From: Candidatus Krumholzibacteriota bacterium
GTDB taxonomy: Bacteria; Krumholzibacteriota; Krumholzibacteriia; JAJRXK01
Assembly (NCBI GenBank): GCA_963764625.1
Contig: CAVXTH010000006.1
Span: forward strand, 288,001-352,000
Direction: 5' to 3'
DNA length: 64,000 bases
Within the stretch, counting starts at the first letter, position 1. The number at the start of each line of letters is the position of its first letter. Shown one piece after another: positions 18,883 to 27,930 of the stretch. A program made the translations under genes and the position numbers. Under the pieces are notes generated by a model that did no database searches, was not told where the DNA came from, and worked only from the letters and a program-made list of their open reading frames with translations.

Positions 18883-19764
18883 ATGGACCTGGCGAAACTC
18901 CTTCGTAGTATGCGCCCCCACCAGTGGATCAAGAATCTGGTGCTGTTCGCCGCGCTCATCTTCGCCCAGCTCTTGGGCGAGACACCTCTGTTGCTCAAGA
19001 CCGCCGCCGGCTTCGTGGTGTTCTGCCTTCTGTCCTCCACCGTGTACCTGTTCAACGACCTCAAGGACCGGGAGAGCGACGCCCAGCACCCCACGAAACG
19101 ACTGCGACCCCTCGTCTCAGGGGAGATCTCTGCGCAAACCGTCGTGATCGCGCTATGTGTGTTTCTGGTGGTCGGACTGTTGGCCTCGTGGTGGATCGGC
19201 CGCGGGTTCTTTTCCGTCGCGGTGGCCTATCTGTTGCTCAACCTCATCTATGGCCTGTCGTTTCGAAACATCGTCATTCTGGATCTGATCACCATTGCGG
19301 TGGGCTTCGTGTTGCGGGCGATCGCCGGCGCCGAGTTGCTCAGAGACGCGGGACACCCGGTGGCGATCTCGCCCTGGCTCTTGATGTGCACCTTCTTGCT
19401 CTCCCTCTTCTTGGGTTTGGGGAAGCGCTACCACGAGCTCCACGTCGCCGGAGGGGGGCACCGCTCGACCCTGCACGGGTACACCGAGGCATTTCTCAGC
19501 CGCCTTCTCACCATGACCGCGGCGACCACCCTCCTGAGCTACGGGCTCTACACCATCTGGCCGGACACGGTCGAGCGCTTCGGCACCACCCACCTGCTCT
19601 ACACCATCCCCTTTGTCTTCTACGGCCTGAGCCGTTATCTCTATCTGGTGACCGAGGAGGCGGAGGGGGGAGATCCTTCCGAGACCCTCGTGTCCCGCAG
19701 ATCCATCGTTTTGACGGTCGCGCTCTGGTTCGCGGCGGTGCTTTTGATCGTCTATCGGCGCTGA
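18883..19764 (+). CDS. UbiA-family polyprenyl-phosphate phosphoribosyltransferase (Rv3806c-like)
   Basis: RPHQWIKNLVLF, YLFNDLKD.E.D..HP.KR.RP..SG, GFVLRA.AG, KRY.EL, GDP.E. Confidence 0.88.
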   Translation: MDLAKLLRSMRPHQWIKNLVLFAALIFAQLLGETPLLLKTAAGFVVFCLLSSTVYLFNDLKDRESDAQHPTKRLRPLVSGEISAQTVVIALCVFLVVGLLASWWIGRGFFSVAVAYLLLNLIYGLSFRNIVILDLITIAVGFVLRAIAGAELLRDAGHPVAISPWLLMCTFLLSLFLGLGKRYHELHVAGGGHRSTLHGYTEAFLSRLLTMTAATTLLSYGLYTIWPDTVERFGTTHLLYTIPFVFYGLSRYLYLVTEEAEGGDPSETLVSRRSIVLTVALWFAAVLLIVYRR

Positions 19765-19800
19765 CGGACCCGGCGGCTCACATCCGAGGAGTTCTCGCTC

Positions 19801-20862
19801 ATGGCGTGCAGCAAGGTGGCGGTGGTTTCGGCGACGCCCGAGACCATCCTGGAGGATTACTCGCGGGTTCTGACTCTGGCCGGGCTGGCGGAGCTCGCAT
19901 CCCCTTCGCAACGCCTGGCCATCCTGCTCGACCTGGTCTGGAATCGCTACCAGCCCGCGGCCGGCCCCGCCCCCTGGCAACTGGAGGGAGTCCTGCGGGC
20001 CCTGCGCAAGCTCCACTTGGAGCCCTCGGAGTTCGTCGTCGCGGCGCGGCGAACCCCGGAGGTCTCTCCGCGCCGGGCCGCCGATCGATACCTTCTGAGC
20101 CGGATCCTGAAGAGCCACGAACTGAGGTTGGAGAGTCTACCCGGCGAGACCTGGCCGTACCAGGCGCCGAAGCGGCGTGCGACGCTCGAATCGCCGCTCG
20201 AGGGAACGATCGCGGCGCCTATCATCACCAAAGACCGCAACCTACTCTATCTCAGCAGTCTGAAGACGCACGCGACGCTAGCGCTGTCCAGCGCGGTATC
20301 GGCGGTGGCCTCGGAATTTCTCGATCGGGACGAACTCAGCGAGCATCCTCGAGCGGCCGAGACCCTGGCCGACTCGCTGCAGACGGCGCGCGAACTCCAT
20401 CCCCGTCTCTTCACCGTGATCGATGCCACCGTCTGTGGCCTGGGCCCGGGCCCGCGAAGACTTCGGCCCAGCGTGCAAAACCTCCTCATCGCCTCTTCGG
20501 ACCCGGTCGCGGCCGATGCGGTGGGCGCGCGGATCCTGGGGCTGGATCCACTTCGGGTTCCCTTTCTGGCGGAATGCGCTCGACAGAACCTGGGTGCGAT
20601 TGCGGCCAACGACATCCAGATCGTGGGGGAGAGCTCGCCCGCTCTCGACCAGACCGTGGAGTCCCCCCGGCACCCGGGACTGCCGGAGAGAGTCTTCCGC
20701 TTGACCGGAGGAACCCGGCTGCGGGGGTCGCGGCGCATCGTTCGCAAGGCGGTGCGCGATTTTCTGTGGTATCCCTCGGTGGGAAGGCGCTGGCGGAAGC
20801 TCTGGCGGCGGACGCCCTGGGGTCAGCTCTTCGACGAGTACGCGCAGAGCGGAGGCCGCTGA
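19801..20862 (+). CDS. DUF362 domain protein (diverged)
   Basis: PWQLEG, LKTH, IDATVCG.GPGP, IASSDPVAADAV.ARILG.DP, C-terminal WYP...WGQLF..Y. Confidence 0.7.
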   Translation: MACSKVAVVSATPETILEDYSRVLTLAGLAELASPSQRLAILLDLVWNRYQPAAGPAPWQLEGVLRALRKLHLEPSEFVVAARRTPEVSPRRAADRYLLSRILKSHELRLESLPGETWPYQAPKRRATLESPLEGTIAAPIITKDRNLLYLSSLKTHATLALSSAVSAVASEFLDRDELSEHPRAAETLADSLQTARELHPRLFTVIDATVCGLGPGPRRLRPSVQNLLIASSDPVAADAVGARILGLDPLRVPFLAECARQNLGAIAANDIQIVGESSPALDQTVESPRHPGLPERVFRLTGGTRLRGSRRIVRKAVRDFLWYPSVGRRWRKLWRRTPWGQLFDEYAQSGGR

Positions 20863-21743
20863 TGAATCTTCGGGCCAAGGCCCATGCGAAGGTGAATCTG
20901 CATCTGGAGGTTCTGACGAAACGGGAAGATGGCTACCACGAAGTGGAAACCCTGCTACAGAGCCTCGAGCTGCACGATACTCTTCACTTTCGCCGCACCA
21001 AGGGTCCCATCCACGTTATCTGTGAACATCCTTCCGTTCCGCAGGATCGTCGCAACCTCTGTCACTTCGCGGCCCGGCTCCTTCGAAGCCACCTGAAGAA
21101 CTCGGAGGGCGTCGAGATCCGCATCGAAAAGCGAATCCCGGTGGCGGGGGGCCTGGGAGGGGGATCCTCGGACGCGGCCGCGACCCTCTTGGCCTTGCCG
21201 CGCCTGTGGGAGCGCGAAGTCGGAATGGAAGGACTGGAGCAGTTGGCGCGGCGCATTGGGGCGGACGTCCCCTTCTTCCTGCGCGGGGGGACCCAATTGG
21301 CGCGCGGAATTGGAGACGAACTGACCCCCTTGCACTCCTCGGGCAACGGGGTCTATTTCTTGATTACCCCACCCCTGGAACTGTCCACCGCGAGCATTTA
21401 CGAGGGTCTCAGAATGGGGTTGACCCATCATGGGCCCAAAGTTAACCTGCAAAATTATAAGAGCTTGCTGTCGCGATTTCCCGACCGCACCTGGCCTGGG
21501 TTCAACCGTCTGGCCGATGTGGTTCTGCCGGCATACCCAGCTCTGCATCGTTTGTATCTGAGTCTCCAAGACACAGATCCAAAGCTGGCGATGATGAGCG
21601 GTAGCGGGCCCAGTCTCTTCGCGGTCTACTCGACGCGCGAAGAAGCGGAGAGCGCTAAGCGGGAACTTGGCGAACTCGAAGGGTTCGACTGGATTGGAAA
21701 GTCCAGTCCGGTTGGAGTCGAACTCATCAAGGATGGGAACTAG
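20862..21743 (+). CDS. ispE: 4-diphosphocytidyl-2-C-methyl-D-erythritol kinase
   Basis: AKVNLHL, R.DGYHE, KRIPVAGGLGGGSSDAA, GADVPFF, MSGSGPS; TGATG coupling to DUF362. Confidence 0.95.
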   Translation: MNLRAKAHAKVNLHLEVLTKREDGYHEVETLLQSLELHDTLHFRRTKGPIHVICEHPSVPQDRRNLCHFAARLLRSHLKNSEGVEIRIEKRIPVAGGLGGGSSDAAATLLALPRLWEREVGMEGLEQLARRIGADVPFFLRGGTQLARGIGDELTPLHSSGNGVYFLITPPLELSTASIYEGLRMGLTHHGPKVNLQNYKSLLSRFPDRTWPGFNRLADVVLPAYPALHRLYLSLQDTDPKLAMMSGSGPSLFAVYSTREEAESAKRELGELEGFDWIGKSSPVGVELIKDGN

Positions 21744-21796
21744 ACCACCCACGTTTCAGTTTTGTCCCAGACACCCCTGCTGACGGTGGTACGGCT

Positions 21797-22120
21797 TTGG
21801 AGATCACTGAAATCAGAATCACGCTGCGTGACGACGACAAGCTGAGGGCTTTCGCAAGCATCACTCTCGAAGATTCCCTCGTGATCCGGGGTCTCAAAGT
21901 CATCGAGGGCGCTAACGGTATGTTCGTGGCCATGCCCAGCCGGCAACGAAAAGACGGGTCCTACCAGGACGTCGCTCACCCGATCAATCGCGAAACGCGC
22001 GAGTGGTTGGAGAACATGGTCATTGGCGCTTACCAGGAGGAACTCGCCAGACTCGAACACGCGGAGCCCAGCTCCCAGTTGGGCACTGGCGAGGGCATCG
22101 CCGCCGAAGACGCCTACTAG
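21797..22120 (+). CDS. spoVG: SpoVG family nucleic-acid-binding regulator
   Basis: MEITEIRI...LRAFASIT....VIRGLKVIEG..G.FVAMPSR..KDG.Y.DVAHPIN.ETR. Confidence 0.95.
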   Translation: MEITEIRITLRDDDKLRAFASITLEDSLVIRGLKVIEGANGMFVAMPSRQRKDGSYQDVAHPINRETREWLENMVIGAYQEELARLEHAEPSSQLGTGEGIAAEDAY

Positions 22121-22144
22121 GTCTCCTGGGAGGTAACGGGGTAC

Positions 22145-23083
22145 ATGGGCCGCAGATTGCGAGTGATCTCCGGGCGAGGCGACGTCGTCCTCGCGGAAAA
22201 GATCTGTCAGTATCTGGACGTTTCTCTCACCGAGGTCATCATCGTCGACTTCAGCGACGGCGAGATCTCGGTCAAGATCCAGGAGAACGTCCGCGGGACC
22301 GACGTCTTTCTGATCCAACCCACCAATCCCCCCGCCGGAAACCTGGTGGAGCTCTTGCTCCTGCTCGACGCGGTGCGCCGCTCCTCGGCCCAGAGAATCA
22401 CGGCGGTCATTCCCTACTTCGGCTACGCGAGACAGGACCGCAAGGACCAACCCCGCGTTCCCATCGCGGCCAAGCTGATGGCGAATCTCATCACGGAGGC
22501 GGGCGCCCAGCGCGTCCTCACCATGGATCTGCACGCGCCGCAGATTCAGGGCTTCTTCGACATCCCCCTCGACCATCTCTACGCCGCACCGGTTCTCTTG
22601 GACTATTTCCAGAGTCGGGTGGGAGAGGAAAACCTCGTCGTGGTGGCGCCGGACGTGGGAAGCATCAAGATGGCGCGCGCCTTCGCCAAGCGGCTCGGCG
22701 CCCCTCTGGCCATCATCGACAAGCGCCGGCCGCGTCCGAACGAAGCCGAAGTCATGAACTTCATCGGCGACGTACGCGGAAAGAACGTGGTGCTCTTCGA
22801 TGACATGATCGATACAGCGGGGACCATGAGCGACGCGATCCGGGAGTTGCAAAAGCAGGGAGCGATGAGCATCGACATCTGCGCCACCCACGCGCTGTTC
22901 TCCGGGCCCGCACTGAAGCGGCTCAACGATGCGCCAGTGCGCGAGGTGGTGGTCACGAACACCATCGCCTTCCACCGTCAGTCCGAGTGCCCCAAGGTGC
23001 AGGTCCTGGACATCTCTCCGCTTTTGGCCGAGGCGATCAAGCGTATCCACCTCGAGCAGACGGTCTCGAGCCTCTTCGTCTAG
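22145..23083 (+). CDS. prs: Ribose-phosphate pyrophosphokinase
   Basis: FSDGE, PYFGYARQDRK, DLHAPQIQGFF, DDMIDTAGT. Confidence 0.97.
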   Translation: MGRRLRVISGRGDVVLAEKICQYLDVSLTEVIIVDFSDGEISVKIQENVRGTDVFLIQPTNPPAGNLVELLLLLDAVRRSSAQRITAVIPYFGYARQDRKDQPRVPIAAKLMANLITEAGAQRVLTMDLHAPQIQGFFDIPLDHLYAAPVLLDYFQSRVGEENLVVVAPDVGSIKMARAFAKRLGAPLAIIDKRRPRPNEAEVMNFIGDVRGKNVVLFDDMIDTAGTMSDAIRELQKQGAMSIDICATHALFSGPALKRLNDAPVREVVVTNTIAFHRQSECPKVQVLDISPLLAEAIKRIHLEQTVSSLFV

Positions 23084-23342
23084 CGAATAAAAAGGGCAAA
23101 TTCGCCCCGTCGGGGATCGAGGACCCGTCTCACTTCCCTCTACCCAAATCAGCCGCTTCTGACTATACTCTTTTGCCTTGCCGCCCCTGGGGCCGCGAGA
23201 CGACACACCCGGCCGCCCCGAGCCGGGGACCCACCGACACCGCCTGGGGCGTCGGTTTCCGATCGGTACCATGATTCCAGCTCGCAGGAGCGCGGAATCC
23301 GCGTGGGTGGCGTCCCACGCGACCTTGAGGAGGATTCAATTC

Positions 23343-24032
23343 ATGTCCACGACCATCGAACTGAGCGTAAAGGCCCGCCGGGAGACCGGGAAGGGTGTCG
23401 CGCGCAAGCTGCGCGCGCAGGCTCAGATTCCCGCGGTGCTCTACGGCCTGGGAGCGGAATCCCGCTCCCTGACTCTCGATGCCGCCCAATTCCGTCACGC
23501 GATCTCTTCCACTTACGGTCGCCGGGTGCTCCTCCGCCTCAAATTCGAGGGCGAAAAGGAAGTCACGCACGCGATCGTCAAGGACATCCAGAAGCATCCA
23601 CTGAGCCGCAATTTTCTTCATGCCGATCTGCTCGCGGTCCAAATGGACCGGCCGATCGTGGTGCGGGTCCCGCTGCGGCAAAAAGAGGGAATTCCCTACG
23701 GCGTGAAGAACGAGAACGGCGTTCTGGAGTGGATGCTCAGGGATGTCTTGCTTCGTGTTCTCCCCGAAAAGATTCCGGCCGCGGTCGAGGTCGACGTCGT
23801 TCCTCTAAAGCTCGGACAACGGATCACCGCGCAAGAGGCGGTGGGCGGCGAGTTCGAGCTCGAGACGCCAGGCGATACGGCCTTGTGCCACGTCGTCGCG
23901 ACCAGAATGAGCGTGGAGGTCGCCACGGTCGCGGGTGAAGAGGGCGAAGAAGGCGCCGAAGGCGAAGCCGCCGTCGAAGGTGAAGAGGGCGAGGCGAAGG
24001 CCGCCGAGGATGATAAGAAGTCGCAGGATTGA
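23343..24032 (+). CDS. rplY: 50S ribosomal protein bL25/Ctc
   Basis: R.ETGKG.ARKLR....IPAVLYG, Q.HP....HAD, acidic tail; GAGGAGG SD. Confidence 0.93.
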   Translation: MSTTIELSVKARRETGKGVARKLRAQAQIPAVLYGLGAESRSLTLDAAQFRHAISSTYGRRVLLRLKFEGEKEVTHAIVKDIQKHPLSRNFLHADLLAVQMDRPIVVRVPLRQKEGIPYGVKNENGVLEWMLRDVLLRVLPEKIPAAVEVDVVPLKLGQRITAQEAVGGEFELETPGDTALCHVVATRMSVEVATVAGEEGEEGAEGEAAVEGEEGEAKAAEDDKKSQD

Positions 24033-24619
24033 GCGTGACGGAATCGGAGAAAGTCGGAGAGTGGTTGTTCTTCGGCTTGGGGAACCCCGGTGGCCGCTAC
24101 GAGCGAACCCGACACAATCTCGGCTGGCTCTTGGCGGACCATTTGGCCCAACGGCATGGGATTAGGTTTTCAGCGGGAAGGGGCGAGTACTTTCACGCCA
24201 AGTATCCGCTCGAAGGCTGCCCGATTCGTCTCATCAAGCCCACCACCTTCATGAATCTCAGCGGCCGGGCGGTGCGCCAGTATCTGGCCATCGAAAGGCC
24301 ACTGGATTTCGAACTGATGGTTGCGGTCGACGACGTAAATCTTCCTTTGGGCCGCCTGAGGATGCGGCCGTCGGGGACTGCGGGAGGACACAACGGATTG
24401 AAGTCGGTGATCGAGAGATTGGGGCGCGAAGACTTCCCCCGGCTCAGGATGGGCGTGGGGCCCGGGCCCAGCGGGGAAGATCTCGCGGAGTATGTCTTGG
24501 AGGATTTCGAGAAAGAGGAGTGGGAAGCCGTCGACACGCTGCTCGAGCGAGCGGCGGATGGCTTCGAGCATTGGGTCCTTCACGGTCCCAAGTCGACCAT
24601 GGGTCGCTTCAACGGTTGA
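24029..24619 (+). CDS. pth: Peptidyl-tRNA hydrolase
   Basis: GLGNPG.RY..TRHNLG, KPTTFMNLSG, GGHNGLKS, RLRMGVG. Confidence 0.95.
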   Translation: MSVTESEKVGEWLFFGLGNPGGRYERTRHNLGWLLADHLAQRHGIRFSAGRGEYFHAKYPLEGCPIRLIKPTTFMNLSGRAVRQYLAIERPLDFELMVAVDDVNLPLGRLRMRPSGTAGGHNGLKSVIERLGREDFPRLRMGVGPGPSGEDLAEYVLEDFEKEEWEAVDTLLERAADGFEHWVLHGPKSTMGRFNG

Positions 24620-24697
24620 GTTCGTCGACCGTGGGGTGAAAACGGCGGTTCCCGTTCCCGATGGGAGCTGTTTCAACGGATGGAGGATGAGTAGTTC

Positions 24698-26743
24698 ATG
24701 AACATGACGCTCGTAGCCGCGGCGCTCGCGGCCGTCGCGGCGCTGATCTTCGCCCTCATCAAGTACGGGGCGATCATGCGACGGGATGCCGGTACCGAAC
24801 GGATGCAGGAGATCTCGCGGCAGGTCCAAGAGGGGGCGGCTTCGTTTCTCAAAGCCGAATACCGCTGGCTCGTGGTCTTTGTCGTGATCGTCTTCGGCGC
24901 CATCTTCTTCTCGTCCTCGGAAAACGGCCTCGGCCCCAGGACCGCGATCGCTTTTCTCTCCGGCGCGTTCGCTTCGGCCCTGGCCGGGTACTTCGGCATG
25001 CACACCGCTACCCGCGCCGCCGTCCGCACCACGCAGGCCGCGCGCGATAGCCTGACTTCGGCTCTGGGCATCAGTTTCTCTTCGGGAGTGGTGATGGGGA
25101 TGAGCGTGGTCGGCCTGGCCGTCCTGGGGCTGAGCATCTTCACGCTCGTGTTTTCCCATAACGGGATCTTCGATTCGAAAGTGCTCGAAAACGTCCTGGG
25201 CTTCAGCTTCGGCGCTTCCTCCATCGCACTCTTCGCCCGCGTGGGTGGAGGGATTTTCACCAAGGCAGCCGACGTGGGCGCCGATTTGGTGGGGAAGATC
25301 GAGGCCGGGATTCCCGAGGACGATCCCCGCAACCCGGGGACGATCGCGGACAATGTGGGAGACAACGTCGGCGACGTCGCCGGAATGGGCGCGGACCTCT
25401 TCGAGTCGTTCGTGGGTTCGATCGTCGCCGCGATGACTCTGGGTGCACTCCTGTTCTCGGCGAATACCGCCATGGTGCTCTTGCCTTTGATTACCGCCGC
25501 AGTGGGAATCGGCGCCTCCATCGTGGGCACTTTCTTCGTCTCCACGAAGGACGAGAAGGGCCTGCATGGAGCGCTCTTCCGTGGATTGGTGGTCGCGACG
25601 ATCATCGTCATCGTGGCCGAGTGGTTCGTCATCAAGCGCTTGGCTCTTCCGGCGGATATCGTGGCATGGAAGCTTTGGGGCGCCATCGTGGCCGGTCTCG
25701 TCGTGGGCGTGGCCATCGGCAAGATCACCGAATACTACACCAGCACCGAGAGCAATCCGGCGCGCAAGATCGCCCAGCAGAGTCAAACGGGGGCGGCCAC
25801 CAACATCATCGCCGGTCTCGCGGTCGGCATGGAGTCGGTGGCTCTGCCAGTGGCATTCATCTGCGTGGGTATCTACGTCTCCTATCTGTTCGCCGGCGTC
25901 TACGGAGTTGCCCTGGCGGCGGTCGGGATGCTCTCGACCCTGGGAATCTCCCTGGGCATCGATGCCTACGGTCCGGTTGCCGACAATGCGGGCGGACTGG
26001 CCGAGATGGCCGAGTTGCCCGAAGAGATTCGCAAGCGAACCGATGCTCTTGACGCGGTGGGGAACACCACCGCCGCGATCGGAAAGGGCTTCGCGATCGG
26101 CTCGGCCGCTCTGACCGCGCTGGCTCTGTTCAACGCGTTCTGCACCCGCGCGGGCGGACTCCAGGGTTTGCCCGCGGGGAGGGCCCAGGTGCTGGACATC
26201 AACAGCACCGATGTCATCGTGGGGCTTCTCATCGGCGGCTTCCTGCCGTTCCTTTTCAGCGCATTGACGATGCGAGCGGTGGGACAGGCCGCGAACAAGA
26301 TGGTGGAGGAAATCCGCCGTCAGTTCCGCGAGATTCCCGGGATCATGGAGGGAACCGGCAAGCCCGATGCCGCGCGCTGCATCGCCATCTCGACCGCGGG
26401 ATCGCTGCGACAGATGGTTGTGCCCGGCCTCATGGCCATCGCGGCCCCGTTGCTGGTGGGCTTCTGGAGCATCGAGGCTCTGGGAGGACTCTTGGCCGGA
26501 GCGCTGGTCAGCGGCGTGATGATGGCCATCTTCATGGCCAATGCCGGAGGCGCCTGGGACAACGCGAAGAAATACATCGAGAGCGGAGCCTACGGAGGCA
26601 AGGGTTCCGAGGCGCATCGCGCCGCGGTGGTGGGGGACACGGTGGGAGATCCCTTCAAGGACACTTCCGGTCCCTCGCTGAACATTCTCATCAAGCTGAT
26701 GACCGTGGTGGCGCTGGTCTTCTTGCCCTGGTTCATCGGCTAG
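24698..26743 (+). CDS. hppA: Membrane ion-translocating pyrophosphatase, K+-dependent type (probably Na+-PPase)
   Basis: [36 protein letters not shown] (Ala rather than Lys marks K+ dependence), [14 protein letters not shown]. Confidence 0.95.
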   Translation: MNMTLVAAALAAVAALIFALIKYGAIMRRDAGTERMQEISRQVQEGAASFLKAEYRWLVVFVVIVFGAIFFSSSENGLGPRTAIAFLSGAFASALAGYFGMHTATRAAVRTTQAARDSLTSALGISFSSGVVMGMSVVGLAVLGLSIFTLVFSHNGIFDSKVLENVLGFSFGASSIALFARVGGGIFTKAADVGADLVGKIEAGIPEDDPRNPGTIADNVGDNVGDVAGMGADLFESFVGSIVAAMTLGALLFSANTAMVLLPLITAAVGIGASIVGTFFVSTKDEKGLHGALFRGLVVATIIVIVAEWFVIKRLALPADIVAWKLWGAIVAGLVVGVAIGKITEYYTSTESNPARKIAQQSQTGAATNIIAGLAVGMESVALPVAFICVGIYVSYLFAGVYGVALAAVGMLSTLGISLGIDAYGPVADNAGGLAEMAELPEEIRKRTDALDAVGNTTAAIGKGFAIGSAALTALALFNAFCTRAGGLQGLPAGRAQVLDINSTDVIVGLLIGGFLPFLFSALTMRAVGQAANKMVEEIRRQFREIPGIMEGTGKPDAARCIAISTAGSLRQMVVPGLMAIAAPLLVGFWSIEALGGLLAGALVSGVMMAIFMANAGGAWDNAKKYIESGAYGGKGSEAHRAAVVGDTVGDPFKDTSGPSLNILIKLMTVVALVFLPWFIG

Positions 26744-26752
26744 TCAAGGATC

Positions 26753-26788
26753 ACGGGGCCGCTCTTGCGCCGCGAAGAGCGGCCCCGT
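26753..26788 (+). terminator. Perfect 14-bp inverted repeat after hppA (terminator or stability hairpin)
   Basis: ACGGGGCCGCTCTT - 8 nt - AAGAGCGGCCCCGT; no U-tract follows. Confidence 0.5.
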
Positions 26789-26811
26789 AAGCTCGTTGGT
26801 TCGCGGCACCA

Positions 26812-26857
26812 TCCCTGTCCGGCGTCGTTACGCCGGGCCGCTTGAGACCGAAGGGAG
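26812..26857 (+). promoter_or_regulatory. S6:S18 ribosomal protein leader RNA
   Basis: TCCCT...AGGGA outer stem sequestering the SD; inner CCGGCGT/ACGCCGG hairpin followed by the unpaired CCG motif (GGGCCGCTTGAGACCGAAGGGAG) directly before rpsF. Confidence 0.7.
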
Positions 26858-26864
26858 AAAATTC

Positions 26865-27230
26865 GTGCAGAAGTATGAATGCGTCGTCGTTCTCAGATCG
26901 GGACTTCCCGAGACGGACGCGAACGCGATCCTCGACCGCTTCGAGTCGAGTGTGAACAACCATGGTGGAGAAATCACGCTGAAGGATCCCTGGGGCACCA
27001 AGAAGCTGGCCTACGAGATCGAGAAGCAGACGATGGGGGACTACTACCTCTATCGCTTCACTGGCGACAACAGCCTCGTGAAGGAAGCCGATCGGGACTA
27101 TCGTCTCGACGACAGAGTCTTGCGCCATCTCATCGTGATCGACGAGGAGTGGGACGAGCGCAACCGCGTGGCGCTGGCCAAGCGAGCCGAGCAGCGCAGC
27201 CGAAACGAGGGGGTGTCCGATGGCCGCTAA
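26865..27230 (+). CDS. rpsF: 30S ribosomal protein bS6
   Basis: [29 protein letters not shown]; GTG start after the SD. Confidence 0.95.
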   Translation: MQKYECVVVLRSGLPETDANAILDRFESSVNNHGGEITLKDPWGTKKLAYEIEKQTMGDYYLYRFTGDNSLVKEADRDYRLDDRVLRHLIVIDEEWDERNRVALAKRAEQRSRNEGVSDGR

Positions 27231-27480
27231 ACCGCGAGTAAAACGACGCGAACGAGATCGCTTCGGGCGGAAGAAGAAGTGTTACTTCACCGAGCATGGA
27301 TATGCTTGCATCGATTACAAGGACATCGAGCTCCTGAAGCGCTTCGTTACCGAACGTGGAAAGATTTCCCCCCGGCGAAACACGGGCACCAAAGCCAAGT
27401 ACCAGCGCATGCTCGCCACCGCGGTGAAGAGAGCGCGGCATTTGGCGCTCCTTCCTTACGTACGCGAGTACTACCGATAG
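27220..27480 (+). CDS. rpsR: 30S ribosomal protein bS18 (zinc-ribbon ligands mostly absent)
   Basis: [41 protein letters not shown]; CxxC reads CYFT. Confidence 0.96.
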   Translation: MAAKPRVKRRERDRFGRKKKCYFTEHGYACIDYKDIELLKRFVTERGKISPRRNTGTKAKYQRMLATAVKRARHLALLPYVREYYR

Positions 27481-27489
27481 GGGGACACC

Positions 27490-27930
27490 ATGGATGTCAT
27501 TCTGCTTCATGACGTGCAAAAGCTCGGGCGCCGGGGCACCAAAGTCGGCGTCGCGCGCGGCTATGCGCGAAACTATCTGTTTCCCCGGGGTCTGGCCATC
27601 CAAGCCTCTCTCGCCAAAGAGAGGGAACTCGCGAATCAGCTCAAGGCGTTCGAATCGCGCGACGAGCTACATCGTGAGCAAGCCGGGACCCTCGCGGAAG
27701 CGATGAAGGGCGCCGCGATCACTATCCAGGCCGCTGCGGGCGAGGAGAACCTTTACGGCAGCGTCACGGCCTCCATGATCTCCTCGGCTTTGGCCGAAAT
27801 CGGTCACGAGGTCGAGGCCAAGCAAGTGCTGCTGGAGGAGCCGCTCAAGAAGTTGGGTACCTTCACCGTACCGGTCCGCGTGCATCGAGACATCGAAGTC
27901 GATGTCCAGCTCACCATCGAGCGAGCTTGA
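27490..27930 (+). CDS. rplI: 50S ribosomal protein bL9
   Basis: M.VILL.DV..LG..G..V.V..GYARNYLFP.G.A, LYGSVT, PLKKLG. Confidence 0.96.
   Translation: MDVILLHDVQKLGRRGTKVGVARGYARNYLFPRGLAIQASLAKERELANQLKAFESRDELHREQAGTLAEAMKGAAITIQAAAGEENLYGSVTASMISSALAEIGHEVEAKQVLLEEPLKKLGTFTVPVRVHRDIEVDVQLTIERA

Noticed and set aside
18924-21743. 939-aa ORF suggesting a giant IspE fusion
   Set aside because: Only the part from ATG 20862 is IspE; the upstream part is an off-frame reading of the UbiA and DUF362 genes.
21744-21796. tRNA-Gln often found between ispE and spoVG/prs
   Set aside because: The gap is 53 bp and contains no cloverleaf.
21797-22120. Sporulation capacity inferred from SpoVG and the SpoIVB-like gene
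   Set aside because: Both families occur widely in non-sporulating bacteria; TonB and outer-envelope lipoproteins point to a diderm, and no other spo genes are present.
23935-24010. GAAGAGGGCGA-like repeats at the end of rplY
   Set aside because: They simply encode the usual acidic Glu/Gly/Ala tail of Ctc-type bL25.
24170-26617. Long antisense and alternate-frame ORFs (for example 815 aa opposite hppA, 57178-59064, 43127-44863, 51358-53175)
   Set aside because: They shadow well-supported genes, have no motifs and are expected from high-GC codon bias.
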